From Gekko japonicus (Eukaryota), in contig NW_015176458.1 in the NCBI RefSeq assembly GCF_001447785.1, positions 1,612,216 through 1,675,223 of the forward strand: DNA of 63,008 nucleotides, in the 5' to 3' direction. Position 1 is the stretch's first letter; the number at the start of each line of letters is the position of its first letter. The notes beneath the pieces were generated by a model. The model saw nothing but the letters and a program-made list of their open reading frames with translations. It did no database searches and was not told the origin of the DNA. Positions 13,046 to 24,816 of this stretch are shown here, in pieces. The position numbers and the translations under genes were made by a program.

Positions 13046-14076
13046 GTGACTCTGGGCATCATATAATGCAAGAAGAGCAGAAAACATAAGTGATACAAGT
13101 CTATGTGCTTCCTACTGTGATACTTCTATTGAGACTTCTAGTAAATAGATCCAAGTTGGAAAGACTGCAGAAGGCTATTTCAGAGATGGTAATGCTTTGA
13201 TATAATCAACAAGCGATTGATCGCGGGTGGGGTCAAGCTGGCTCTTGTTCCTCCATTCTGGTTAGCTTCTTCACAGTGGCTGTAAGGGATGACTCCCTTC
13301 CATTCAAACACTCATTGCTGATGCAAATTCAGTGTAAACTTTCCTTAACTCCCCCAAGTAAAATCAAGGCCTCCTGAAACCTGTGAAGGATGTTCTTTGC
13401 ACTACGATGAGGTCAGGATTTTGTGCCTTGCAAGTTGTGAACTTTCACGATCAGGCCCCACATCAAGCTGGTATTGCCATGACAGAGCCGGGGGCAGACT
13501 GACTTGGGAGGATATGTGAGCTGACTTTTTAATGTTCTCTGGGTTTGAAATTAAAGATAGAATGGGAAGGGGCAAAAAGCTTCCCGCTGGAGCACGTTAA
13601 CTCTCTGTGGGAGGTCAGAATGAAGAGGGGGAAAAGCTCATAGAGCAGAAGGAAAAAGGCTTCGCAGGAAGTAGCAGCTTTTTCTGCGTTAACTCACCAC
13701 CCAGCCTTGAATAATAATTGTCTAACTTGGAAAATATGAACACTGATAAAGTGGGTTCCAAAAAAGGGGGAAAGAGATTCTCTTCCCTAATCTTCCACAG
13801 TATGGACTGGCTCCAGAGAAGGAAGCTGATAGGTGCTGGTTCCCAGTAATTCCAGTCCAAAGGCATGACCATTAAGTGGTCAACCAGAAAGTTCAGGAAC
13901 TGGACTTTCCTTGACTTTTCTTACCATTGCAAAAACTTCTAGGGCTTTAATGCGCTGTTTTTATTTCCAGATTTCCAAGTTCTGCCATAGGTTCTCCCAA
14001 AATGGGATGCAACAGCTCTTATCTGTTTTCCCCCAACCATGCTAATTAATTGCAATAGAAATATTACTGTCACAAC

Positions 14077-14435
14077 TAAGGATGAGCACATGAAGCGAAC
14101 CATGAACTGATATGTCAGTTCACGAAGTGAACCAGTTTATATCAGTTTGTAAACCATTTAAAGTTTAAACCCATGCTTTCTGCTCCGGCTGGCTTTTCAC
14201 AGGGAGCAGAAAGCAGGGGTTTCCAAACAGCTGAGTGATGGGGCTGAGCCATTTAAACCAAACACCTGTTTAAACCAAGCAGCTGTTTAGATCCTGCTTC
14301 CTGCACTTCACAAACTACCATGACCTGCATCAAAATTCATGGAAGTTCTTCAGTTCATGAACATTGCTTCACAAACTATAGCCAGCCAAATTCATGACAA
14401 ACTTTAGTTTGTCAGCCAGTTCGTGCTCATCCCTA
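14077..14435. mobile_element. hAT MITE (TAGGGATG-type TIR)
   Basis: Ends taaggatgagcac / gtgctcatcccta with a perfect 8-bp TSD gtcacaac (14069-14076, 14436-14443). Confidence 0.9.
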
Positions 14436-14645
14436 GTCACAACTGACTATTGTTTTCAGTGATGAACACACAAGATAGCCATGATTTTCAGATGAGGGGC
14501 TAACGATGCAGAGATTTCAGAAGCTCTGTTTTGCAAGCTTTTCCAGTATGTTTTCAGTGACTTGTGTGAGGAGCTCAGTTACTACCATGAGATAAACAGC
14601 TTGCTCTCTTCTTGCTCTTTGCAATGTGAAATGAGGCTTTAGCAG

Positions 14646-17161
14646 TAGAGATGGGCATAAAATGCATGATGAGCCAAACTTTGCCCAGTTTGCAGCTCAC
14701 AAGCCAAGGTTCATCAGTCACATGTTTCCCGAACAAATCTCCAAGCTTTAGGGTGTCACTCAGAGCAGCTCAGAAAACAAAACCCACCCACAAAGGCTGG
14801 CATGAAAATGCTAAGTAAAGATGAAGGTGGCAATGTTTTCTAGCATTGAAAACATGAACATAGACCCTCAAAGCTTGATAGGCAATGCTGCCTGCCAATA
14901 ACAGAGTTCCCACTGCTTGCAATGGGAGGGGATGATGTATATAAGTGTCAGATGAGCACGCATTCCCTTTGTTGGCAGGGGGTGGTACTTTGGGAGGGAG
15001 AGGGTGTATTAGCATGCAAAAGAGCTTTGCTGGTGGGCATGTAGGGCTTGCTTATCTAGCCTACTCAGTCAGGGGCTGCGTAGCTTAGCTTTGCCCTGGG
15101 TTCCTCTGTGTCACAATTCAGTTTTTGTTTGTTTGGTGCAAAGGGTGGGAAAATTGGGACTGAATTACTCTTTCAGAAAGCAAGCATTTTGGTTTAGCAG
15201 GAGTTTGCTGTTGTCTGCTTTCTTGGGGGTTTCCCTTCCCTTTTCTTTTCATTTTGTCCCTGCCCCACACACTTTGAGTTGCAGTGGAGAAATTGATCTT
15301 TGGGATTGGGGGGGGGTGTTCAACTCAGTTCTCTGCCATTTTATCCCCTCATCACATATTGGGATGTGTCCAGAGACTTCCTGGGGTCACCTTCCCCACC
15401 AGATTTTCTGGGGTGACCATTCCTGCCAGTTCTCCCTTTCCAAAGCTCCACCACAGACCCATTGTCTTTGGGTGGAGCTTTGTGTGTCAGCTCATCTCCA
15501 TGCACCCGGCCTGCCTTGTGGGACTTGTTCCATCCTTGGCGGCTGGTTTGGAGGGACTTCAGTGCCCAGCTCTCCACGCCTGAGTTGAAACCTCCCCCAA
15601 CTGACCTGCTTCTCCTCAGGGGGGGACATTGATCAGTGCCAGTCTGCCTGCTGCCCTGCCTGCCTGTCTCCCTCTCTGACAACTGACCCACCTGGGCAGT
15701 GGTTGGGTTGGGTGCTTGCGTAGTCCCATGTTTGGCACCATGAGAGGGCATGGCAGGGATCATGCTCATGGCTGTGAGAGGATGCCATGTATTCCCCCAG
15801 TGCCAGTGGTTGTGGGCCATGCGCACAGCCTCCTCTCCCATCAGCACCCTCCCCTAGCACATAATCAGGGCTCTCAGTGCACACCTCCCCTGTTCCATCC
15901 ACGTCCGTGGAGCTAGTCTCAAATGCTGCTCAAGAGTTTCAGCATTGCCGCCTAAACTTCAGCGACAAACTCTGTTTGGAAGGGAGGATAGTGACAGCAG
16001 TGACTTGGAGGGTGATGGTGGTGATAATGCGTCCTCCCCTTCCACACCCAAAGATTCCCAACTCCATGCTGCTCACACTCCTATCGGTATGCCCCCATCT
16101 AGTGCTCCAATGCCCTTCCAGGAAGTGGTTGTGCCTCCCACCTGCTCCAACCATGGGCATGGGGACACAGTTCCACTACGTGGCATGGAAACAATTCCAC
16201 ACCCTGGTGCAAGGTGTGCCGTGCCTGTGTCCAGAGGAGCTGGGACCCAAAACATTTGTCCAGCACCATACTGATGAGACACTGACAGCTGAAGGGTTCT
16301 CATACACTGATGGGAGGAAGAAGAGGCCTGCGTGACCCACTCAGCAGGGAGAGGCCGGGGGGGGAGAGCCGGCCACTCCAAGAGGGGCTCTGGTGCTGTG
16401 GTCAGGACTACAAGGCAACCCACCCTCCAACAGGTCATGCTTATGGGGACACCGCCAGTGCCAGGTAAAAGGGCAAGGGGGAGGGCTCGAAACGATCAAC
16501 CGTCTCATCAGAATGATGATCGCCATGGCTGGTCAACCATTCTCCCTCATGGAGGACGTGGACTTTTGCTGCTGATGCACCATGTGGCTGCCCGGTACAC
16601 AGTCCTAACTCATCCCCCCAAGTCCAATCCACATGTAACTTGTAGGGCATGTGGGGGGCATCCTATGGAGGAGCACCATGAGTTTGATGCCCATAGCTCA
16701 CACAGGGTCCATTCCAGACACTCCTGAAACCGTGCCCAACATATCCCCAAAAAGCACTTTCCTGGGGGCACCTTGTTTGGGAGTCTGTAACTCAAACCCT
16801 CCAAGTCCAAAACACATGTAACTGGTAGGGCATGTTGGGGGAGGGCATCCTGGGGAGGTATGCCATGAGTCTGATGCCCCTGGCTCACATAGGGTCCATT
16901 CTATACACTCCTGAAGCCACACCAGACATGTCCTCAAAAAGCACTTTCATGGGGGCACCTTGTTTGGGGTTCTGTAACTCAGACCTCCATGTCCAAACGT
17001 CACTAAATTTGGTGGGCAGGTAGAAGAGAGTCAGATGAAGATTCCCTGTGATTTTGGAGCCTGTCCTGAGGTTTGTGAACCAGTTCAGTTTGCGAACTGG
17101 GCTTTTGAGGTTCAGGTTCACAAACTGGTTCAGGACACACCCCAGTTCATGCCCACCTTGA
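14646..17161 (+). mobile_element. Internally deleted hAT DNA transposon with decayed BED-finger (ZBED-like) transposase
   Basis: TIR-like ends tagagatgggca / gttcatgcccaccttga match the TAGGGATGGGCAC MITE family in this window. There is a BED-finger remnant at 16180-16285 (AWKQF..ARC..VSRG..DPKHLSSTILMRH), the hAT motif INRLIRMMIAMAGQPFSLMEDVDF/LLMHHVAARYTV at 16480-16610, and subterminal ~183-bp repeats. Confidence 0.75.
16619..16990. repeat. Two ~183-bp tandem units (subterminal repeat of the hAT element)
   Basis: ccaagtccaa...gggggcaccttgtttggg..ctgtaactca is repeated at 16619 and 16801, and a third unit starts near 16987. Confidence 0.9.
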
Positions 17162-17623
17162 CTTAGACGGTTTTAATTAACTGCATTGCTCTGAATTCTA
17201 TTGCTCAGAAGAAATCCAGATAAAATATTTTAAATGAATAAATAAAACAATTACAATTATTTTATTATTAACAATTAACTGACCTTTTCCAAGCATACAA
17301 TACAATCAATAATACAGATAATTTATAGTATATGTACATGCTTGGTTAACAAAAAATCTACTCTTCATCATTCCTGCACCATAAGAACAAAAACAGTGTT
17401 TTGAATTTACTTGTAACTACTTTCAAGGATTGCTGATGGCAAAATATTACAATGTGCTATTGTCAAAGCTCTCCTATCTTTTGGTAAAGTTGTGATTTTT
17501 AAAGATCCTGCACACTTCTGAAGTACTGAGGAGTTTAGACCTAAAATTAAAATGAACAAAATCTATGCACCAATAGGGTTGCCCGAAGGACTGGAGAAAA
17601 ATGTCATGCCCCATTAATAGATG

Positions 17624-17780
17624 CAGGGCTTTTTCTTTCTGGGGGAAAGTTCTGGAACCTCTTTGACCAAATTCTTTTTAAAATGTTTAAAAGTTCATGA
17701 GTTTTCAGTATACAGATTGACACATTGATTTCCCTGTTGAGAGTTCCGGCTCCTCTTTTTCAACAACAAAAAAAGCCCTG
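17624..17780. mobile_element. hAT MITE (CAGGGCTTTTT TIR)
   Basis: cagggctttt ... aaaagccctg with a perfect 8-bp TSD aatagatg. Confidence 0.9.
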
Positions 17781-19767
17781 AATAGATGCTTAACCCAAGA
17801 GAGGGGTCTTCTTGGTGATGGCACCAAAACTGTGGTAATTGCCCCCCTCGGGTATTCATCCTCGAGTGGATGAAGAGGTGGTGGTTGTGCTAGTTCTGTG
17901 CATATGCCAGAGCTAGGTATAGTCAGAGTATGAAGGACAGACCTGCATCTCCAAACAAAATGTTACACATATGGTGGAAATTGGGTACAATGGAGCTATG
18001 CCAGCAAGACTTGGTTGGATATAGCTCCATTGTACTTATCCACTGCATGTTTACTGGTGTATGTCTTTCTTCACACTGCATGATGTTAATTGTGGGAAGC
18101 ACAGCAACCATGGCTGCTTTCAGAGTAAGAAATAGAGTTGCCAGCCATGGCTTGGCCTGGCAACCAGCAGGACATGGGGAGCAGGGAGATGGGCGGCTAC
18201 TCTCAGCATCATTGAGACATCTCTTCCAAGGAATACCATAGTGTTTCCAGAAATTCCTAGAGAGGGCTGATGTTTCCCCCAGAAGTAACATCATGCTGTT
18301 GGGCCAACAGCCATTTTTTTTCTGTTGTTTATTTTATTCCTTTCTCCACTCAGAAGGGTATACAAGTCAAAACCAAAAACACCAGAGCAGGCTGTATAAA
18401 ACCGTTATGTCAGGTTTCTCCACTCAGAAGGGTATACAAGTCATAAAACCGTTACGTCAAGTCTAAATGATTGTTGTGATGTTTTGTAATTTTGTCATTT
18501 AGACTTGATGTACGGGTTTTATACAGCCTATTCTGGTGTTTTTGGTTTTGACTTGTCTATCCTATACACCAGGTCTATTGTTGTTTTTGCCATTCAGAAG
18601 GGTGGCAGGAAATGGGAGCAGGAGGAGGTTTATGAGCAAATAAATTGACATTTCTTCTTTTTTTCTGGAGGTCACAGTGGCTTGTGTGAGGGCACAGGAA
18701 AGATGACATACACCAAACATATATATTTAATGGATGTTAATGTATCAGTATTGTACTGAAAGCACTGGCCGTTCCATGATGATATCTACTACATTGTTTG
18801 CACTAGCCAAGTAATTGTTCATGACTGCAGTTCAAAGCTCCACAAATCTCTGAAGGGCATGTGATGCTCTCTGCAAGAAGGAGTGCTCAGTCGTTAAGTT
18901 ATAATCTTTGCATGCATCCCTATTGCTCAGGGGAACATGGTGCAACATAGAAAAGGGTACACGAAGCCCCTGCTTTCTCAGGATTTTGCATGTGCATCAG
19001 CGCCCCCATAACACAATGAACTGGAGCGAAGCTCAGATAAGCCTTCCCATACACAAACTGTCTCACAAAAATTGTTTTTGTAATCGGCAAGATTTTTCTT
19101 CCCTCATGGAAAGCCAACAGTAATTTCATGCAACCAAATTTGGAGTTGTTTTCTACTGATGACATTCAAATTAAGAACACTAAGCAAAAGCAGATGCTCC
19201 CTTTCAACTTGAAACAAATGTAAGTCATAAAGTTAATCATACATAACCAATGTTGGACTCCTTGTTACATATTTGAAAATTAAAACATTAATGTTAGCTA
19301 AATTTCTGTTGAACCATCTTGAGAAATGCAGTCAGCAAAGATAATGTTGCTCCTTATTTGTTTAGACCACCCAGAGTAGCACAGCTATATCTTTTCACAC
19401 TATTTAAATCTGTATCTTTTATGATGTGTGTTTCCAAATAACATTACAGCACATGAAGCTTTGCCCAGTGGCAAATATGTACTGTTTTAGATCTGGGTGG
19501 TCTGGCTTCCCAAAGACTATTGGCTAGGTGTGAATATCCAGGGCTAGTCCATAACTTCATTTATCTGACTGCAGCTGCAGGTGGTGTGCTATGCTATTCT
19601 TTTTAATGGAAAGTGAGGCAGGACTGCAAACATATTAGAGAGGCAGGACTATCTAGACAAGGGTCAGCAGACCCACATATCTACAAAACAACCAGAGTGT
19701 GGGTTTGGGTGGTTCCTACAGAGAAGATGGCCAGTGGGGTACATTGGTTAGACTATTGAACTAAGGC

Positions 19768-19940
19768 AGCTGGGAAAGAGGAAGACCTAACACAAGATGG
19801 ACAGACTCAATCAATCCAGGAAGCCAGGGCCCTCAGTTTGCAAGACTTGAGCAAAGCTGTTCACAATAGGATGTTTTGGAGATCATTAAGCATAGGTTCG
19901 CCATAAGTCAGATGTCATTGACAGCACTTATCACACACAC
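19768..19940 (+). mobile_element. RTE LINE 3' end
   Basis: Decayed RGRPNTRWTDSI..EARALSLQDLSKAV...FWRSL..RFAISQ with a (ca)n tail. Confidence 0.8.
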
Positions 19941-19941
19941 A

Positions 19942-20392
19942 GGTCCCGGTCACACTAGTGAGATAATCTGGGGGCGAAGCGAGGCCTTTTGCTCCGGAGC
20001 AAATTGAAGTGCAGTATCGCGATCAGACGTTTCCCCCAAGGCTCCGTGCACATGCCCTCAGCTGCGATCACACGTTGATGGTGAAGCGTGGCAAAGAAGG
20101 GCAAGGCGGTTCAGGAGACCGCGTTTGTGTGCATGCACAGTTCTGTGTTTGCGTGCATACCACTGGATGTGACGGATACCGGTGCTTCCGCGATCTGACG
20201 CCCACCCGCGCCCCGCGTTTTCCAGAAACTAGTGCACTTTCCCTGGTATCTTTTAACTCCGCTTCTTCGGCTGGGCAATATGGGTTGCTGACGGGTGCGG
20301 GACACTTGCCAGATGTTTTCGTGTGATCGCACCCATAAAATCTGCCCTGCATTCATCCCTATCATGTGGCTAATTCTGTGTGTGACTGGACC
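19942..20392. mobile_element. Non-autonomous DNA transposon (PIF/Harbinger-like TIR)
   Basis: Ends ggtcccggtcacac / gtgtgactggacc. Internal 20228-20348 is the reverse complement of 2091-2207. Confidence 0.7.
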
Positions 20393-21879
20393 CACATTGA
20401 ACTAAGATCCATCTTTAAATCCCTGCTGTGCTGTGAAGTTCACTGGATGACCTTGGACTTACCTAATAGCATTGTTGTGAGTATTCAGTGGGGGAAAGGT
20501 GAGAACCAGGGATCATTTCATAGAAAAAGAGATGCAGGAGCTCATTAGCATAATTTATTTGCATATGCCACACCCCCTGACATCACCGGAAGTGCGTCAG
20601 AAGGCAACACCCAGTGCTCAGGCGCCACTGGACTGTTTTGGATTGCTAGCTATTGGGGGGGGGGGACATGCAGATCTGTCCTCGCAGAGGAGGGAGAGCT
20701 TGTACCTGAATAAAACTTGGTCTTAAAGGTGCCACTGGACTGTTTTGGACTGGGGGGCCAGGGGGGGCTCTGCAACTTACATGGCTGCTTCTTGCTCTGC
20801 CTGAGGGCTGCTGGGAGCAGGGGGTGGGGCTTGTTGCATGTGCCTGCCCCCTGGGCTCTTTATTGCCAGAGCTCTGCTCCTGTGCACTCCTGCAGGAAAT
20901 GACCCCTGGTGAGAACCATATCCACTACTCTGTATCTTGGAGGGAGGGCAGATAAAAATGTGATAGGGAAATGTCTTTAGGTGACTCACAGTGTAATCCT
21001 AGACAGTCTGTAATCCTGTCAGTCAAGCAAACCAAAAGGAAAAATCAGACGCCAGGCCCAAATGATCAGTCATTGTCTCTCTGCATAGGTGGAAATCCAT
21101 CCACAGAGCTCCAATTCATAAATCCACTATCACTGGTTCTTGGAGGACAATGGGATTGCTTTCCCTCAAAAAATGAGGGAGGAAGAGGCCAGCTATGTTG
21201 AAAGGTGATGGGAATCCATGGAATGCAGAAGTGTGAAAGCATCATGATAATTAAGGCTTAACTGCTTCGAGGATTGAATTTATCTTTGATTAAAGTTAAA
21301 TCCACTTGCATATTGCCACAATCTGTGTGTGTGTGTGTGTGATGGTGATCCCAGCAAGGGGCTTTCAAGGTAATTAAGAAGTGGAGTTGGTTTGCCATTC
21401 CTTTTCTACAGAGCCTTCCTTGGTGGTTTCCCTTCCAAGTACCGATCCTGCTTAGCTTCCAAGATCTGATGAGATTGGGATATAGCATCCAGCCTTCCCT
21501 CCTCCATAATCAATATGGAAATAGTTGGTTTGTTTTAAGTAAAAGGTTACTTCCCATTCTGTCTAAAATTCACTGAGGTTCTTTGCCCTCTATATACCAA
21601 TGAAAGAATGTCTATTTATTAACCGTCTGCCTTTAAACCAGTTAATCAGTTGCTTGACTCCATAAATAAATGTGTGTAGTACTCTGCCTTTAAACCAGTT
21701 AATCAGTTGCTGAGTTGACTCCATAAATAAATGTGTGTAGTGCAAGTTTAGTTTAGCTGTAGATCACCTTCGTTTACTTATTCACTTACAGACCAATCCT
21801 AAAACAGGTCTACTCAGAAGTAATTCCCATTTTATTCAGTGGGGCTTAATCCCAATAAAGCATTCTTAGTAGTTCTGCT

Positions 21880-22096
21880 GGGGTTGCCAACCTTCAGGTG
21901 GAGCCTAGAGATCTCCCAGAATTACAACTGATCTCTAGAAGAGAGAAATCAGTTCCCCTGGGGGGGAAATGGTTGCTTTGGAGGGTGGACTCTATGGCAT
22001 TATACTCCAGAGAGGTTCCTTCCCTCTCCAATGTCTCCCTTCCAAGCTTGACTTCCAAGTCTCCAGGAATTTCCCAACTCAGAGTTGGCAACCCTA
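21880..22096. mobile_element. TAGGGTTGCCA-TIR MITE
   Basis: ggggttgccaacc ... gttggcaacccta with the family's internal gagatctcccagaattacaactgatctc. Confidence 0.85.
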
Positions 22097-22819
22097 AGTG
22101 CAGCTATTGCTTCTTCCCTCGCACACACAAGAGTTGGCAACCCTAAGTGCAGCTATTGACTCTTCCTTCACACACACACATTGGGGTAATAGCAAGTACA
22201 GAGGGTGGATTTGAGCAGTGAGACACCAATAAGCCATGTATATTCTGATGTCAGTCCTCAAAGAATGTTGTCTATCAAAGGCTGTGGGAGTTACATGAGC
22301 CCATGAAGCACATCCAGTTCCCACAGTCTGCACATCAATCTCTAGCCAATAGTCATCTTCTTGTACCCACCAGCAAGGCCTATGAGGAAAGCAGCAAGCT
22401 GATTTAGGCTAGTCTTCAAAGCATCTGTTTTGGTATTAATGCAGCCAATGGGGAGCTATAGGAACTCCTACAGAGATGCCCCTTAATGTAAGTGTTACAA
22501 TGGCATCAAATCAATATACCTAATTCTCAACATCACCTTATCTGTGGATACTTAAATCCAGAAATTGGGGCCATGGACAAACAAGATGGATCTTCCTACA
22601 CACCTGAGAAAAGGCCCAGGTCTGCAGAAAAACCTAATAAGTTGGAAGTGACTTGATAGCAGTTAACACATAATAGACACACATGTGTGTTATGTGTTGT
22701 GCCATCAAGTCACTTCTAATTTATGGTGACCCTTTGAATTAATGACATCTAATGTATGTAGGGGGTTAAAAGCAGCCAAAATGCTAGAAGCAGTGCTTGA
22801 GACTCTAAGAAACAAATAC

Positions 22820-23205
22820 TAGGGATGGGCACAAACCACATTTTTGTGGTTCATGTCAGTTCATGGTTCATGGCCGAACCACAAACTGATACAAACTGGG
22901 AGTTTGGTTCACAGTGGTTCATGACCCCTCCTTTCTGCTCCCTGCCACTTTTCACAGGGAGCAGAAAGCAGGGATTTAAATGACTCTGAATCATTTAAAA
23001 CTGTGGGAGCAGAAAGTGCTCCCACACTGCTTAGCTTCGAGCCATTTAAATCTCTACTTTTGGCTCTTCATGAACTGCCATGAACCATCATGAATTGCCT
23101 TAAAATTAGTGGAAGTTCATGGTTTGTGAACTTCGGTTCGTGAACCATGAACTGGCCAAAATTCATCACAAACTATGTTTGCGAGCTAGTTCGTGTCCAT
23201 CCCTA
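22820..23205. mobile_element. hAT MITE, same family as 14077-14435
   Basis: Ends tagggatgggcac / gtgtccatcccta, shared internal ttttcacagggagcagaaagcaggg, and an imperfect TSD acaaatac/acaaaacc. Confidence 0.88.
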
Positions 23206-23992
23206 ACAAAACCCTCAGTGACCATTGGCAGACAACCTGAACAGAATTTGAACCTTCAAATTTGAACCTTTCTGTCAGTAAAAGGCAGGGGAGAGGAATC
23301 AGGACCTTTTTCAGGGTTGTTTTGGCCATTGAGGGAGGGCTCGTGAGGGGGAGAGGCCTGTGGTTCACTACCACCTGACTTGCATTGCTCACCCTGGACT
23401 GGCTGCTCGCTACTGTTCACTAGCAGACCAGCCCCCAAAAGTCAGTGTGGTATATTGGTTGGACTTTCAGATTAGGATCTGGGAGATATCGGTTCAAATC
23501 ACCACTCAACCACCCACTCCCAGGGTGGGCCACACAGACACTCTCTGCCTAACCTTCTTCAGAGGGTCGTTGTGAGAGTAAAACAGAAAAGAGAGGAATG
23601 ATGTAAGCTGCTTGGGGCCCCATTGTAGGAAAATGTGGGATGTATATATAAAGCAAATAAATAATATAGGTGAAGATGGGGGCAGTTAGTTGGTGGGCGA
23701 GAAAGAGAAGGAAACAGGGAATATTGAGGATATGGGGACTGCTAGGAGGAGATAAATAGTGCTATACAGGTGAACATGAGGTGCTCCCAACAAGTCCTTG
23801 CACATTCCCTCCATTGTAAGTGGGCCCAGCTCCATTGGCCAGGCTGGCACGGCACTACTGTGCCATACTTTTCTTGGAGAAAAGTTACCAGGGACAAGGA
23901 AGGAGAGAAAGCTAGAGTTGGCTGGTGGGTGGAAAGGAGAGATGGAAGCAAGAAAAAGGGAGAGGCTATTGGGCCTTTCAGGAAAGGGAAAG

Positions 23993-24009
23993 NNNNNNNN
24001 NNNNNNNNN
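23993..24009. other. Assembly gap (17 N)
   Basis: N run. Confidence 1.
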
Positions 24010-24816
24010 GGAAAGAGGAAATAGCAAGGGAGGGGAAAATAAAAGGCTCCCCACAAGTCCTTTATGGTTCCCCTCTTGTAACTCTATAATATACACAACT
24101 TATTAAGAACAAGAAGAAGAATGGTTCGGGGGGGACTTATCCAAAAATGAATAAAACATAAAAATCTGTGTTATACAGGCTACCGATCTGTAGCTAAGGC
24201 ACAAATTAGCTCCTCTTTGCCCTGATTGTTGAATTCCACAAAGCCTTCAGCATCTCTGGTCCTCCTGGGTCAAAGAGTCTAAGCTGCAATTCGCATTTTT
24301 CTGCTCTGATATGCATGCTTGGATTGTCAGAGAGTGCAGCCAGGAGAGTGAGGCAGCAGCTACTGGAGTGCAAGGAGGGTGTGCTTGCTTTTCTGTTTTT
24401 TTAAACCACTTGAGGACCATGCCTGGGAAGAATTTGATTATGTATGCTCATCTTAATGGGATGTGGCACACAGTGCCATGGGGTTATTATTTCTCAGGGG
24501 GGAAAGCTTGGTATGAACAAGCTCTTTGTGCTGACTGTAGACTCCAAGTGCCTGGTGATTTTTCCAGTCCAGTTTTGTTGAATGCCGTCGCTTTCCCAAA
24601 TGACTTGCTGATTCATAATAAAGCCATGGTCTGTCTTTCTGGTGCCTAAACGGTGGACTGAGAATATTCTCTGTTTCAATTCAGAGCTGTTTTATTGGGC
24701 ACAGAAGTCACATAACGGAATTCCACAACTGCTTGAGCGCTGTAGTTATTATATTCCAAGCTGCTGCTCGGGACTTGGGAGCCAGCAGTCTCAGCCAGCA
24801 AAATTTAGGATGTCTC

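Noticed and set aside
16619-16990. CRISPR-like or coding repeat array
   Set aside because: Eukaryotic DNA with two long diverged units and no spacers; it is the subterminal repeat of a hAT element.
23690-24085. Helitron-like 3' ends (caagtccttg...ttgt twice)
   Set aside because: Resemblance only; no clear terminal hairpin or 5' end, and a gap interrupts the region.
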